This document shows, one piece after another, positions 1 through 9,800 of a DNA stretch of 20,433 nt. Source of the DNA: an uncultured virus (IMG/VR IMGVR_UViG_3300035520_001855). Lineage: Duplodnaviria > Heunggongvirae > Uroviricota > Caudoviricetes. The translations under genes and the position numbers were made by a program. Each line of letters opens with the position of its first letter. The first letter of the stretch is position 1. The notes under the pieces were generated by a model. That model ran no database searches. It had not been told where the DNA came from and was given only the letters and a program-made list of their open reading frames with translations. The stretch lies in IMG/VR virus record IMGVR_UViG_3300035520_001855; one strand, given 5' to 3'.

Positions 1-554
1 ATTTCTGGTCTAGCGCAGATTTCCTGAACAATCATCAATATCTCTGCACGTTGTTGAACTGTACCATTTTGCCATGTTCCTGATGGTAATGATACTGTTG
101 TACTTGAATTTATTTTTGATAAATCAATTGTGTATTGTGTTCCATCATATGATACAGCTCCACCACTTGATGTAGATGAACTACCACCACTTGAAGTTGT
201 GTAACGTAATTCATCTGGGTTAATGTCGCCTTCCTCAATTAAAGTTGCAGTTGTACCTCCTAAAAAAGCCAACTCAATTGCATTTGCATATGTCGAAATA
301 CCTAAAGCTACACCAATCCAGATAAAAAGAAAAATGGTCAAAAATAAACTAGCTAAAAATTTTGCTATTGCAGACTGCTTGGACCTAAAAGTAGCAACCA
401 TCTCTATACAATAAAATATAGGATAAAATATCACTTTCAAAAAGATTGATCCAGCAAGTATTACATTACTTTTAAAACCTCTCTGTTTCAATTTTGATTC
501 TGGTTTGGATTTAGACCTAGATTTATAATCTTTCGATCTTTTCGCCATGAGCAT
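1..554 (-). CDS. Partial gene (N-terminal ~184 aa, truncated at window edge): membrane-anchored protein with Ser/Gly/Thr-rich extracellular linker; by position after virB4, possibly the VirB1-like cell-wall hydrolase
   Basis: Not in the ORF track. Manual translation from ATG 554 (TGATG overlap with the ATPase stop; alternative ATG 548, GGAG upstream) is open to the edge: MLMAKRSKDYKSRSKSKPESK...FLASLFLTIFLFIWIGVALGISTYANA...TTSSGGSSSTSSGG...QEICARPE. The hydrolase call is positional inference only. Confidence 0.8.
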   Translation of the reverse strand, partial: MLMAKRSKDYKSRSKSKPESKLKQRGFKSNVILAGSIFLKVIFYPIFYCIEMVATFRSKQSAIAKFLASLFLTIFLFIWIGVALGISTYANAIELAFLGGTTATLIEEGDINPDELRYTTSSGGSSSTSSGGAVSYDGTQYTIDLSKINSSTTVSLPSGTWQNGTVQQRAEILMIVQEICARPE

Positions 555-2521
555 CACGCTCCATCAGCTTTAGCATCAGAACGTGTGCTAAATATAGGAC
601 TTTCTAAATATGCCTTAGGAAGCTCACAATGGAATACAGATGTTGTTCTCTTATGTTTCATCAAGAAGCATCTGTTAAGATTGATGAGTGATTCAATAAG
701 TGGGCGACACTTTGCCAAGTCTGGATTTTCAAACATGTACTCAAGAGCCCTAAGGTCTTTTGTCTTACCAATGATGAAATATTCTGAGTTATTGATAAGT
801 GCTGATATATTCTGATTAAGCTTACCGGGGTCATTAATAATACCAATACAAGTACCATTACATTTACGTATACCTGTCCAAATGGTATTTGTCCAATCAG
901 ATGCACCATCATGTGTCAGGTATCTTTGTAATTCCTCATAAAGCATTATAAAAGATTGATTTTTTGACCTTCGATAACGTGCTAACTCAGAGTCAAGTAA
1001 CATCTTGGTTAACTGTTTTACACGTGTATCAATTGATTCTGAACCAGTTACAGATGATGTTGAGTCTGCACCAAATCGTGTGATGATTATCTTTGCATCC
1101 TTCAACTCGTTAAACGAGATCGGCTGCTTAAACATGTACGAGTACACACCATTAAAGTAAAGTTTTAATGTGCTATATAATTCTGTAATGTCATCACCAT
1201 AAGTTGATATATACTTCTTTGATGCAACCCTGTTCTCAAGTTTTGGTAATAAATCTTTGATTGTCAGATTCTCAGAGTTCTTCCAAGTTGCTTGATTTGC
1301 TAAATCAACTCCTCGACCTTGTGCTGCTTCAACAATTATTTCTGAAAGTACATTCTTTTGCTCTGCGGATAATGGTCTACCCATCAAAACTGAAGCTAAT
1401 TGATAGACACCATTGATAGCATTTTGTACAATACCTTTGTCAAGTTCCGGGTCACCAGTTATGTTTGTTAAACGTAATGGTTCATAATACTTACCATCAT
1501 CACCTTTGAAGTCAAGATATACTGCACCATAGGTATCACCAAATGGTGTATATTCATTACCTTCGTAGTCAGTAATGTAAATATAATCTCCATTAGCTAA
1601 AAACTGCTCAAGGCAGGTTTTTATCAAACAAGACTTACCAGAACCAGTCTCACCAAGCACAAGTATGTTTGTTCCCGACTGGTCCTTTGGGTGATTATCG
1701 ATTTTTACTAACTGTCTATTTTTAATGTCATTACCAAGGACAATATTACCATCATCAAGTCTACCTTGTGTTAGCGGACTAAATGATGCTGTAATAGATG
1801 TAGTTAAGACACGATTGCCTACTAAAGTTCTAGCAAGCTTTGTTACTTCGTGTCTAAATGGTGAAATCAGCTGGATGAAATCATACAGGTATAACTTGAC
1901 TGGTGCTAAAGTTATACCTGTTCTTTCAAATACCTCACCAACAGATTCAAATAAAATATTTGAATACTTTAAATCCTCTTTAGGTATTCTGACACGAAAA
2001 ACAACTGTTGTCAAGAGTGTGCTGATACGCTGTTCTTCACAAGTTTTGAAATACTCCCAAGATTGTTCAAGACGTTCCTGTCTATTACTAATCTTATCAG
2101 AAACAGACGAGCTAAAACCTTCTTCACTAGCTAAAGCTTTTTCTTTTCTTGTTCTCTTTCTGGAATCTCTCCAAATAGAGATATTATTTTTCATTGCCGT
2201 TGATGTCCATTTAATTCTATGGGGCTTATTCTCTGTTATTAAATCAACATAAACTTTTCTACCATAGCGTCGTCTTAATGAGTTTCTTGCATCTTCTAAA
2301 AGTGCATATTCTAGTGTTGACCCAAAAGAACGCACCTGAAAATAATACTCAATAAAGTGATCTGTTATAACTTTGTTATAACAGAGTTGATTTGATACAT
2401 GATTAAGATCAAGTGGTCTATCCTGCAATCCTTTTGAGAAGTGTTCAAATATTAACCCACCATATACTTTAAGTGGATTATCATTGACATTCCTGTTTCG
2501 ACTCAAAAAGTTTAATATCAC
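554..2521 (-). CDS. virB4: VirB4/TraE-family type IV secretion ATPase (~655 aa)
   Basis: Walker A ILVLGETGSGKS (GETGSGKS at 1631-1654), YITDYEGNEY, Walker B-like FIMLYEELQRYL, IRKCNG arginine motif, SALINNSEYFIIG. Likely start is GTG 2521 (GGGAGGT RBS, GTGA overlap with the upstream stop) rather than ATG 2539. Confidence 0.85.
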   Translation of the reverse strand: MILNFLSRNRNVNDNPLKVYGGLIFEHFSKGLQDRPLDLNHVSNQLCYNKVITDHFIEYYFQVRSFGSTLEYALLEDARNSLRRRYGRKVYVDLITENKPHRIKWTSTAMKNNISIWRDSRKRTRKEKALASEEGFSSSVSDKISNRQERLEQSWEYFKTCEEQRISTLLTTVVFRVRIPKEDLKYSNILFESVGEVFERTGITLAPVKLYLYDFIQLISPFRHEVTKLARTLVGNRVLTTSITASFSPLTQGRLDDGNIVLGNDIKNRQLVKIDNHPKDQSGTNILVLGETGSGKSCLIKTCLEQFLANGDYIYITDYEGNEYTPFGDTYGAVYLDFKGDDGKYYEPLRLTNITGDPELDKGIVQNAINGVYQLASVLMGRPLSAEQKNVLSEIIVEAAQGRGVDLANQATWKNSENLTIKDLLPKLENRVASKKYISTYGDDITELYSTLKLYFNGVYSYMFKQPISFNELKDAKIIITRFGADSTSSVTGSESIDTRVKQLTKMLLDSELARYRRSKNQSFIMLYEELQRYLTHDGASDWTNTIWTGIRKCNGTCIGIINDPGKLNQNISALINNSEYFIIGKTKDLRALEYMFENPDLAKCRPLIESLINLNRCFLMKHKRTTSVFHCELPKAYLESPIFSTRSDAKADGA

Positions 2522-3999
2522 AGTATACCACCTCCCCATAAGGAATCAAGTACACTATAAAGACTGTCTCTTAACTTCTTTTGTGCTTTATAAGCGGTAT
2601 CTAATTCTTCTCTTGTTAATGTTGGTATAAAGCCCGCAACCTGTGTGTCTAATTCCGTATTATAAGATATACACTCTCTTGGGTTTAAGGTATATCTTTC
2701 AATAGTGTCATCGCTATTAATGACATAGACATTCTTCTGTTTCAATGATTCTGTTAAAGGTGTCATCTTAAATGACATATCTAAAATAACACACATATCA
2801 CAACCACAATCACGTATGAAACGCTCAATTGCCGTACTAAATCCATCCATTACAAACATATTTCCTGCACAGTTCTCATATACTGTCGTATCAGATATAA
2901 TCCGGTTTGTTTTTGAATACTGTGCAAAAATTGTTGAGTCTTGTGGTGCTATTAAAACCATTGTACAACCATTTGCAACCTTCTTTATGTTTGCAATGTA
3001 GGTTGGAAAGTTTTCAAGTGACTTTACTAAATAAGGTACTTGGTCAATTACCTTAATGTACAAAATCTTATTTACTGATCCCGTATTTGTTAATTGCAAT
3101 TTGATATTATCTGCAGTAAAATTTTGTGTTATCGATGTTGACATTGTATGTAACTGCTTGTTGAGATTTTCATTATTGAATTTAAGTGTATTACAGGTAT
3201 TTGATACCTCTACCAACTTATTTGACAACTCAGTTATCTTTGTATCACGTCTATTCAACTCTATTTGGAGATTGTTTGCTCTGTCATTTGCTGTGGATAA
3301 AGCTTTATCTCTCTCCTGTAAAATTGAATCAAGTTTCTTTATACCATCAGATAATTTTCTGTTATTCTCCTCAACCATTCTACCATCTTTGAGGGTCTGC
3401 TGATATTCTGTAGTTAGTGCTTCAAGTTTCTCTACAGCTTCATTCCTATTATTTTCACTAACAAGTACATCTCTTTTTAAAGTTTCAATTTTTGTTAATT
3501 CTACATCTATTTGTGATTTAATATCAACAAATTTATCGAAGGACTCATTAAAAATTGTTATTACACTTTCGGTATCTTTCCTATCAATTGCCTTCAAAAA
3601 ACTATCTAAGTTATAGAGATTTAAATTAAAGGTTGTGATAGTTTTATTCTTTCGTAAAATCCCCTGAACATCTTGTAATGTGTTCTTTGTAGCAAATTTT
3701 TCTTGCACATAACCTGCAGTAATATCTGTAGGTTCAACATCCGCATAACAATTGTAAACACCTACTTCAGATAAGAATTGTGTATTGCTTTCACCATTGT
3801 CATGAAAACAATACACAAGACTATTACCATTGGTTATTACTGCACGTAAGTATGCCTGACTAAACATTCCACTATAATCATAAATGAATACCTGAGAAAC
3901 TTTAGGTATTTCATCAAGATTCTCAGGTTTAATAAGTGACATGCCAAGTGCTGCTAATTGGGATTCATACTCTTTTGTTGTAACTCCAACATAAGACAT
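2518..3999 (-). CDS. Hypothetical cytoplasmic protein with long central coiled coil and alpha/beta N- and C-terminal domains (493 aa)
   Basis: GAGGTGAG RBS; heptad-rich segment at about aa 155-290 (KFVDIKSQ...LNKQLHTM); no TM segment or signal peptide. Confidence 0.8.
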   Translation of the reverse strand: MSYVGVTTKEYESQLAALGMSLIKPENLDEIPKVSQVFIYDYSGMFSQAYLRAVITNGNSLVYCFHDNGESNTQFLSEVGVYNCYADVEPTDITAGYVQEKFATKNTLQDVQGILRKNKTITTFNLNLYNLDSFLKAIDRKDTESVITIFNESFDKFVDIKSQIDVELTKIETLKRDVLVSENNRNEAVEKLEALTTEYQQTLKDGRMVEENNRKLSDGIKKLDSILQERDKALSTANDRANNLQIELNRRDTKITELSNKLVEVSNTCNTLKFNNENLNKQLHTMSTSITQNFTADNIKLQLTNTGSVNKILYIKVIDQVPYLVKSLENFPTYIANIKKVANGCTMVLIAPQDSTIFAQYSKTNRIISDTTVYENCAGNMFVMDGFSTAIERFIRDCGCDMCVILDMSFKMTPLTESLKQKNVYVINSDDTIERYTLNPRECISYNTELDTQVAGFIPTLTREELDTAYKAQKKLRDSLYSVLDSLWGGGIL

Positions 4000-4012
4000 A
4001 ATCTCACCTCAT

Positions 4013-5824
4013 TTACACTCTAAAAATATTTATAATAATATCATGAACATCTGTCAAAATCTTTTTATCGGTAATAAAAGATTTTGTGTCTTTAAAATCA
4101 TCAAACTTATCAATATGTGGTATATTACCAATTAAAGGTCTACCTAAACTATCTTCCTCTGATGTCAGAACCAATATTTCCTGGAAGTTGTTGTAGTTAA
4201 TTGTGTTTGGAATGTAGTTTGTCAATACAAACGACATTTTTCTTACAAGTATTTGTATATTACGTTTCTTGCTTGCCAGCGTTGAGTTCGAATAGTTATG
4301 TGTGCTAAAGTATGACATAATTTTGTGAATGCTGTTAATGTTTGAATTTGTACAATAAACTATATGGTCAACCGACTTCACTAAATTAGGCATCTTTAAC
4401 AGTTCCTCAATTGGGATGTGTATTAAAGTAATATCATAATCCAAGTTAATAAATTGTACCATGTCATTAAATAACTCATCATCGTATATATCATCTTTTA
4501 CATATTCATGTGAAACTTCTGAACTCAAACCAAGCTGATAAAGGTATCCAGATAATGGCAATACTGCTGATTCAATGCTCTCTAAATCCTGTACTGCCTC
4601 ATGCAAACCTATCTGCTGTAACTGTGTTGCAGCATTTGTATCAATTGGTTCATAATACATATTAATGCCCTTTGTGTAAATATCGGCATCGATTAACAAT
4701 GTTTTCACTTTAGATTTTTCTAAGAGTGCTGCAATGTTTACTGCTGTTGATGTAATACCACTATTAGGATTTCCCGTGATAACAACAATCTTACCCTTTG
4801 GAAGAATAGTAGCTAAATCATTCTTTGGTCCACCAAATATACCTTTTGCATGTTTAGGTTCTTTCTGTGGTTTTTCTTTAACAGCTTTAACCTTTGATGA
4901 CTTTTCCTTTATTGGTTCTTCTGTTGGTTGAACTATGATTGGTTCAGGTTCTGCTATTGATTCAGGTTCTGGCTGAACTATAATCGGCTCTGGTTCTGGC
5001 TCAGCAACAGATTTAATTACCTGCTCAGGTTCTGACTGAACTATAACTGGTTCAGGTTCTGGCTCAATAACAACTGATACTGGTTCTGGTTCAACTGATT
5101 TAATTTCAGTTGACTCTGACTTTTCTTTTTTGCCAAATCCTAAGAAACCTCTCTTAGTCTTCTTTTTAGGCTCATTAGCTTCTGCCTCAAGTTCAGTTTT
5201 TGGTGTGGCTTCCTGTTCTGGTTCAGCTGATTCCTGTTCAATTGATTTTGGTTCAGTTGACTCTTGTGTCAGTTTATCTGCTTCTTGTGAAAGAGCGTTC
5301 CAAGCTTCTTCAGTATGTTGTGGTGAACTGACTTCCTGTACAGGCTCTTTAGATGCTTGCACAGGTTCCACAACCTCCTCACTTTTTGAAGTTCCCATTA
5401 TATCATCAATTGTCAATTCCTGTTCTTTTTTCTTAGTTGATTCATACCTATTAAATATTGCATCTACAAGAACTCTTGAATTAATCTTCTCAACGAGAAC
5501 ACACCTTGCATTTGTATTTTCTAAAAGCATTCCCTCAAAAGTATCAGCTAAATCTTGATTTCTGGTTAAAAGAACAATTTCCCTTTTGATATCCTTTTGA
5601 GCCATTGTTTTTAAAGCTCCCATAACTTCAGCTAAATCAAGCATTTTCCCATTTTTCAGAAATGCGGCTTCACTTACTAAAATTAAATCAGTCTCTATTG
5701 TATAATCTATTTCTTTTAGACCTTCGCTGATATCTGGATTTGAGTAAGTTTCAAATCCTTGTTTACCTTGTAATAATTTTTCCAGCATTGCTGTTTGCTG
5801 TCCTGCTAATATGCTTATATGCAT
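4013..5824 (-). CDS. CpaE/TadZ-like protein: receiver-like N-domain, acidic Glu/Pro linker, degenerate MinD/ParA-type P-loop domain (603 aa)
   Basis: AGGAGG RBS. N-terminus MHISIL...TDLILVSE...IVLLT follows a receiver-fold pattern. C-terminus KIVVITGNPNSGITSTAVNIAALL...KTLLIDAD...YDITLIH...VDHIVY...PLIGNIP follows the MinD/ParA pattern. Confidence 0.7.
   Translation of the reverse strand: MHISILAGQQTAMLEKLLQGKQGFETYSNPDISEGLKEIDYTIETDLILVSEAAFLKNGKMLDLAEVMGALKTMAQKDIKREIVLLTRNQDLADTFEGMLLENTNARCVLVEKINSRVLVDAIFNRYESTKKKEQELTIDDIMGTSKSEEVVEPVQASKEPVQEVSSPQHTEEAWNALSQEADKLTQESTEPKSIEQESAEPEQEATPKTELEAEANEPKKKTKRGFLGFGKKEKSESTEIKSVEPEPVSVVIEPEPEPVIVQSEPEQVIKSVAEPEPEPIIVQPEPESIAEPEPIIVQPTEEPIKEKSSKVKAVKEKPQKEPKHAKGIFGGPKNDLATILPKGKIVVITGNPNSGITSTAVNIAALLEKSKVKTLLIDADIYTKGINMYYEPIDTNAATQLQQIGLHEAVQDLESIESAVLPLSGYLYQLGLSSEVSHEYVKDDIYDDELFNDMVQFINLDYDITLIHIPIEELLKMPNLVKSVDHIVYCTNSNINSIHKIMSYFSTHNYSNSTLASKKRNIQILVRKMSFVLTNYIPNTINYNNFQEILVLTSEEDSLGRPLIGNIPHIDKFDDFKDTKSFITDKKILTDVHDIIINIFRV
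4914..5106 (-). repeat. Imperfect coding repeats EPEP(V/I)IVQ x3 and IKSV x2 in the linker of the 603-aa protein
   Basis: Translation EIKSVEPEPVSVVIEPEPEPVIVQSEPEQVIKSVAEPEPEPIIVQPEPESIAEPEPIIVQPTEEP; repeated ggttcaggttct and tgaactat in DNA. Boundaries approximate. Confidence 0.75.
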
Positions 5825-5850
5825 AAAATTCCCTCCTATTGCTTATATAT

Positions 5851-6702
5851 TTACTCCATTATTTCAAGAAAGTCTTCTGTGTCCTCATCTGCATTTGTTT
5901 CGAATTCAAAATACTTAACATCAAAAAACTCTGTTGCAAATTGAATAATTTCATTTTCAGTCATAATATGAATATCTTTTATAAAATTTCCAAGTAAGAC
6001 TGACTGTGCTTGTTTAATTTTTAATTTAAAATGATCTATATCCTGATTAGTTGAAATGATTGAATATATAAATTCTTCATCACGCATAGATTCTTCCATA
6101 AATACTTTAGTATAAGTATTTTTAACTTTTAAGTTATTCTCAAGTGTCTTGTATCCCAATTTGCGACATGAATCTCTCTGCTCATTGAAAATTGTATCTT
6201 TAACTCTGGGTGATTCGAAGTTATACATTTTAAAATCATAGTTGTTGTTTGCTAACATTGTTTCAAACGATGATATAGCTGTGTAATATTTCTCTATATC
6301 TGCTTGAGCCATTGAAAGTGTTGAGCCACGAACTATTTTGATATAAGCTGAAACGTGACCTGAATTATGATAACATATATTATCCTGTATATCATAAATG
6401 TCTGAAAACTCACCAACGTTCACAATCTTGTGTTGCTCCATTTTCTGTAAAAGCCTAAATAACTCACGCTCACGTAATACCCAAAATCTTAAAGCATAGT
6501 AGAATATCAACAAACCGATTACTATGCACCCAGGTACAACAATGAAACTCGGTAACATTAATCTTATTGTTGACCATAAAGCTGCTGCTGCGAAGATGGA
6601 GCCTGCAACAGTTCCAAATAATTTTAATATTGTATTATCAGTAAAGAATTTACCTTCACTACCAACTCTCTCTAAAGTGAGTGGTATAAACAACTTCTTC
6701 AT
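5851..6702 (-). CDS. PrgI/TcpE/VirB3-like membrane protein with C-terminal cytoplasmic domain (283 aa)
   Basis: AAGGAGG RBS; two N-terminal hydrophobic helices (LFGTVAGSIFAAAALW; FIVVPGCIVIGLLIFYYAL) then a soluble domain; lies upstream of virB4 in the same direction. Confidence 0.55.
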   Translation of the reverse strand: MKKLFIPLTLERVGSEGKFFTDNTILKLFGTVAGSIFAAAALWSTIRLMLPSFIVVPGCIVIGLLIFYYALRFWVLRERELFRLLQKMEQHKIVNVGEFSDIYDIQDNICYHNSGHVSAYIKIVRGSTLSMAQADIEKYYTAISSFETMLANNNYDFKMYNFESPRVKDTIFNEQRDSCRKLGYKTLENNLKVKNTYTKVFMEESMRDEEFIYSIISTNQDIDHFKLKIKQAQSVLLGNFIKDIHIMTENEIIQFATEFFDVKYFEFETNADEDTEDFLEIME

Positions 6703-6721
6703 ATATTTACCTCCTTAAATA

Positions 6722-6774
6722 GACTTAAAAATAACTTGAATTGTAATTGTAAAAATTCAAGTTATTTTTAAGTC
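6722..6774. repeat. Perfect 21-bp inverted repeat with 11-nt spacer
   Basis: GACTTAAAAATAACTTGAATT (6722-6742) / AATTCAAGTTATTTTTAAGTC (6754-6774). Confidence 0.95.
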
Positions 6775-6800
6775 CCACGAGGATTGATTACCTCGTGAAA
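6773..6800 (-). terminator. GC-rich hairpin after the 1933-aa gene; possible terminator or processing stem, without a U-tract
   Basis: CACGAGG (6776-6782) / CCTCGTG (6791-6797), extendable by two G-U pairs and one A-U pair in minus-strand RNA; about 10 nt after the stop codon. Confidence 0.4.
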
Positions 6801-6809
6801 CTTACTAAA

Positions 6810-9800
6810 TTATTTTTTGTTGTTTTGTTCGTTACCCGAATTTGTATTAGATTTAGCACTAACTTTATTATCATCAGTACTAAATTTTAATGGTGTATTC
6901 ATTGCTGACTTTACATCATCTGGCACATTCACTATGGTATCTTTCGACTTGTTGTCAGCCTCTGTAGGCTTGTTAGCAACAGTGATATCATTTACAGAAA
7001 CATTTTCTGTAATATCCTTACCTTGTGAAGTAACTACAATTTCAGGTGTTGTGTTTGTAACATTTCTACTATTATCTGAATCTACAAATGTTGTTACAGT
7101 CTTTGACATAGCTTGTTGTACATCATTATCAATATAAGATGTAGTCGACTGGGCTGGTTTCTTATTTGTAGATGTAGACTTAGTGCCACTAACTTCTGTG
7201 AGAATCTCATCTGTATTCATATATGTGTCCAAACTACTATCCTGAATATCATTGAGAGTTGCACTTTGCATAGAGCTGTTACTTTGAATATCACTTACAT
7301 TACTCTTGATTGTGTCGGTATCCAATAATGTGTCAATAGTTCCTTCTTGAATACTACCAACCTTCTTGTTCGTATCCTCTGTATGAACCATTGTGTCTGC
7401 GACACCTTCCTGAATACTATCCGTTCTCTTGTTAGTATCTTGAGCACTATCATAGGTTGCTGTAACATCTTCCTGCAAATCTCCAACTGAGTTCTTTGCA
7501 TCATCAGCAGATACATAAGCTAATTCAGAGCTCTCCTGTATATCATCTGACTTGGAATTTATTTCATCAACTTTAGTATTCAAATTCTCAACTTGTTCAG
7601 AATCAAACAATGCTGTGTCTGACTCACTAAATGTATCTTCAGATTCATTGACATTAACATCTGCTTCAACAATCTGCTCGCCAACTTCATTATTGTTTGT
7701 AACATTATTAGCCTCTGTTCTTGCTTCCTCTGCTTGAACTTCTTCTGCAGTATTGTCCTCACCAGTTTGCTCTGAGTCATTTCCTGTTATAACTTCGTCA
7801 GTTGCTACAGCTGCACCTGCTGCTTCTCTAGCTCGATTAACATCAGTATCAGCTCCGGTATCATTCTGATTGAGAGCGTCTTCTTCATTAATCTGTGTTG
7901 ACTCCTCTGTGGCATTTTCATTATTGATTGTTGCATTGTCTGCATTAAGTTCAACATTACCATCTTGCCCAGTAAACTTAGCCTTGCCTTTAGCTACTAA
8001 ATCCAAGAAGTTACTTTTAAGCTCATTTATCTTGGCTTCGACAATGTCACCACCAAGTTCCCAGAAATTTCTAACTGCAAAGCTTGCTAACCACCCAAGT
8101 GCTACAATCTCACAGCAAAATATAATTAGCAGTGCAATCAGCTTCACTAAACCAACATAATTCTGAAAAACAGATCTTACAATTGTTGCTTCTGATGGTA
8201 CACATAACATTGCAATAACAAGCATTAATATATTAAAGAATGCAAGTTGTAGTATGTAAATACACCCTAAACCCATCACTGCTCTACTGTAAAAATCTCT
8301 TGCAACATTGTATACAACCATAAATACAACCATTGAAAAGATTAAAATAAATAGCAGAACAATGTATCGGGTTAAGCCAACTAAAGTAGCCGCTACTGCA
8401 CAAAGTATTACCAAAATCTGTGATATGATTCCGCCTTTATCTTCAACTAACGTCATAATGTCTGTTGAGTATAAGTTACTTAATTGTGTATTTGATTTTG
8501 CAAAGAATGAACGCATTACTGTGTCCAATGTATAAGAATCGCCATCATAAACTTGTGGTTGTAGTTTTTGACTTGGTCTGAATGTTGAATTCATAATTCT
8601 GTTAAAGTCCATTGTCATTGTGAAAGCTGCAAGTTGCATTATTGTTTCATCAGACATATTGTAATAGTCATTTAATTTCAAAAGGTCTGTTGCAACTTCT
8701 TTGTTAACAATATTAAGTGCATACTCAACTGTCGTTGGCTGATAGTCAGTAGCTGGATATAAACATTCCGCTCCAAATATTACTTTCTTGTATGTGGTTG
8801 AACCTGCATTACAGTTTTCTTTACCATAATAATCTGGGTCAAAATAGCTAAACTCTACTGTAGTACTGTTTAAACCACTTCCTTCTGTATAGCTTCCCTG
8901 TGCTGCTGGTGACTCACTTAACAACTGATACCAAATTGCATTTTCAATTGTAGAGTGATAAGCAACGTCACATTTATCACTCGATGCATCACCTGAAAAC
9001 AAATCAGTTAAACCACAGATATCCTGAACTTTTAATTTAGCTATATCACCACTAGATGCTTCAGTAAAATCACCTATCTTTGCACCGTTATTTAGCCAAG
9101 ATTGACCATAAAGAAATACAGGATCATTAATCATTTGCAATACTGTATTGGTGGTTGAAGTCATACCCTTCTCTGTGTCACTAAAAGTTCCATCATCAGA
9201 GCTTATTAAATTAACTGCATTTGAGCTATTTTCTGTATAATACATATAATAATGTGCACGCATTACATCATAGAAATAGTAGAATAATGACTCAGTATAG
9301 TAATTTGTATGTGTGTCATCTGTTCCGGCATTTACCATAAGCCTTCCCTTTACTACAGAAGACTGAACTCCACTTTGATTAGATGCAATTGCACCTCTTG
9401 CGAGATTACCACCACCAACAAGCTCATTTAATGTTTTTGTTGAAATCTCATAATAACCATCTGTATCTTTAGTTGCGTTAGAATCTATTATACCTACTGT
9501 TGCATAAGTTTGAGATACATCAGCATTCACTGTCTGTGCTAAAAAGTTTGCTAAAGCAGCACTTGCTGCCTGTTCGTCTGTTGTCTGTTTGTTTATATTC
9601 TCCAACTGTATTGAAGTCCAATAGTTCATAGTATTTCGCATATATTTTGAAACACACCAATTATTAATTGAGATATATGCAACAAATATAACAACAGGGA
9701 CTAAAGATATTGCAACTGCTTTACACCAACTTTTAAAGTAATTACTCAATTCGAACTCTTGACTACCAAATAATGGTATTACTCTTATTAGTAGCCACAA

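Noticed and set aside
554..2521. HerA/FtsK defence ATPase or phage packaging ATPase
   Set aside because: The motif layout and membrane-protein neighbourhood fit VirB4 better; no nuclease partner or virion genes are recognisable.
2522..2539. ATG 2539 as the VirB4 start
   Set aside because: The RBS-like GGGAGGT lies downstream of this ATG and is well spaced for GTG 2521, which overlaps the upstream stop.
4013..5824. Plasmid partition ParA or TonB-like protein
   Set aside because: Walker A lysines are missing, no ParB or centromere-like repeats are visible, and there is no TM anchor or TonB C-domain; the EP repeats are a linker.
7200..7575. 63-bp periodicity as a possible CRISPR array
   Set aside because: Units are degenerate, in frame and protein-coding, with no constant repeat plus unique spacer structure.
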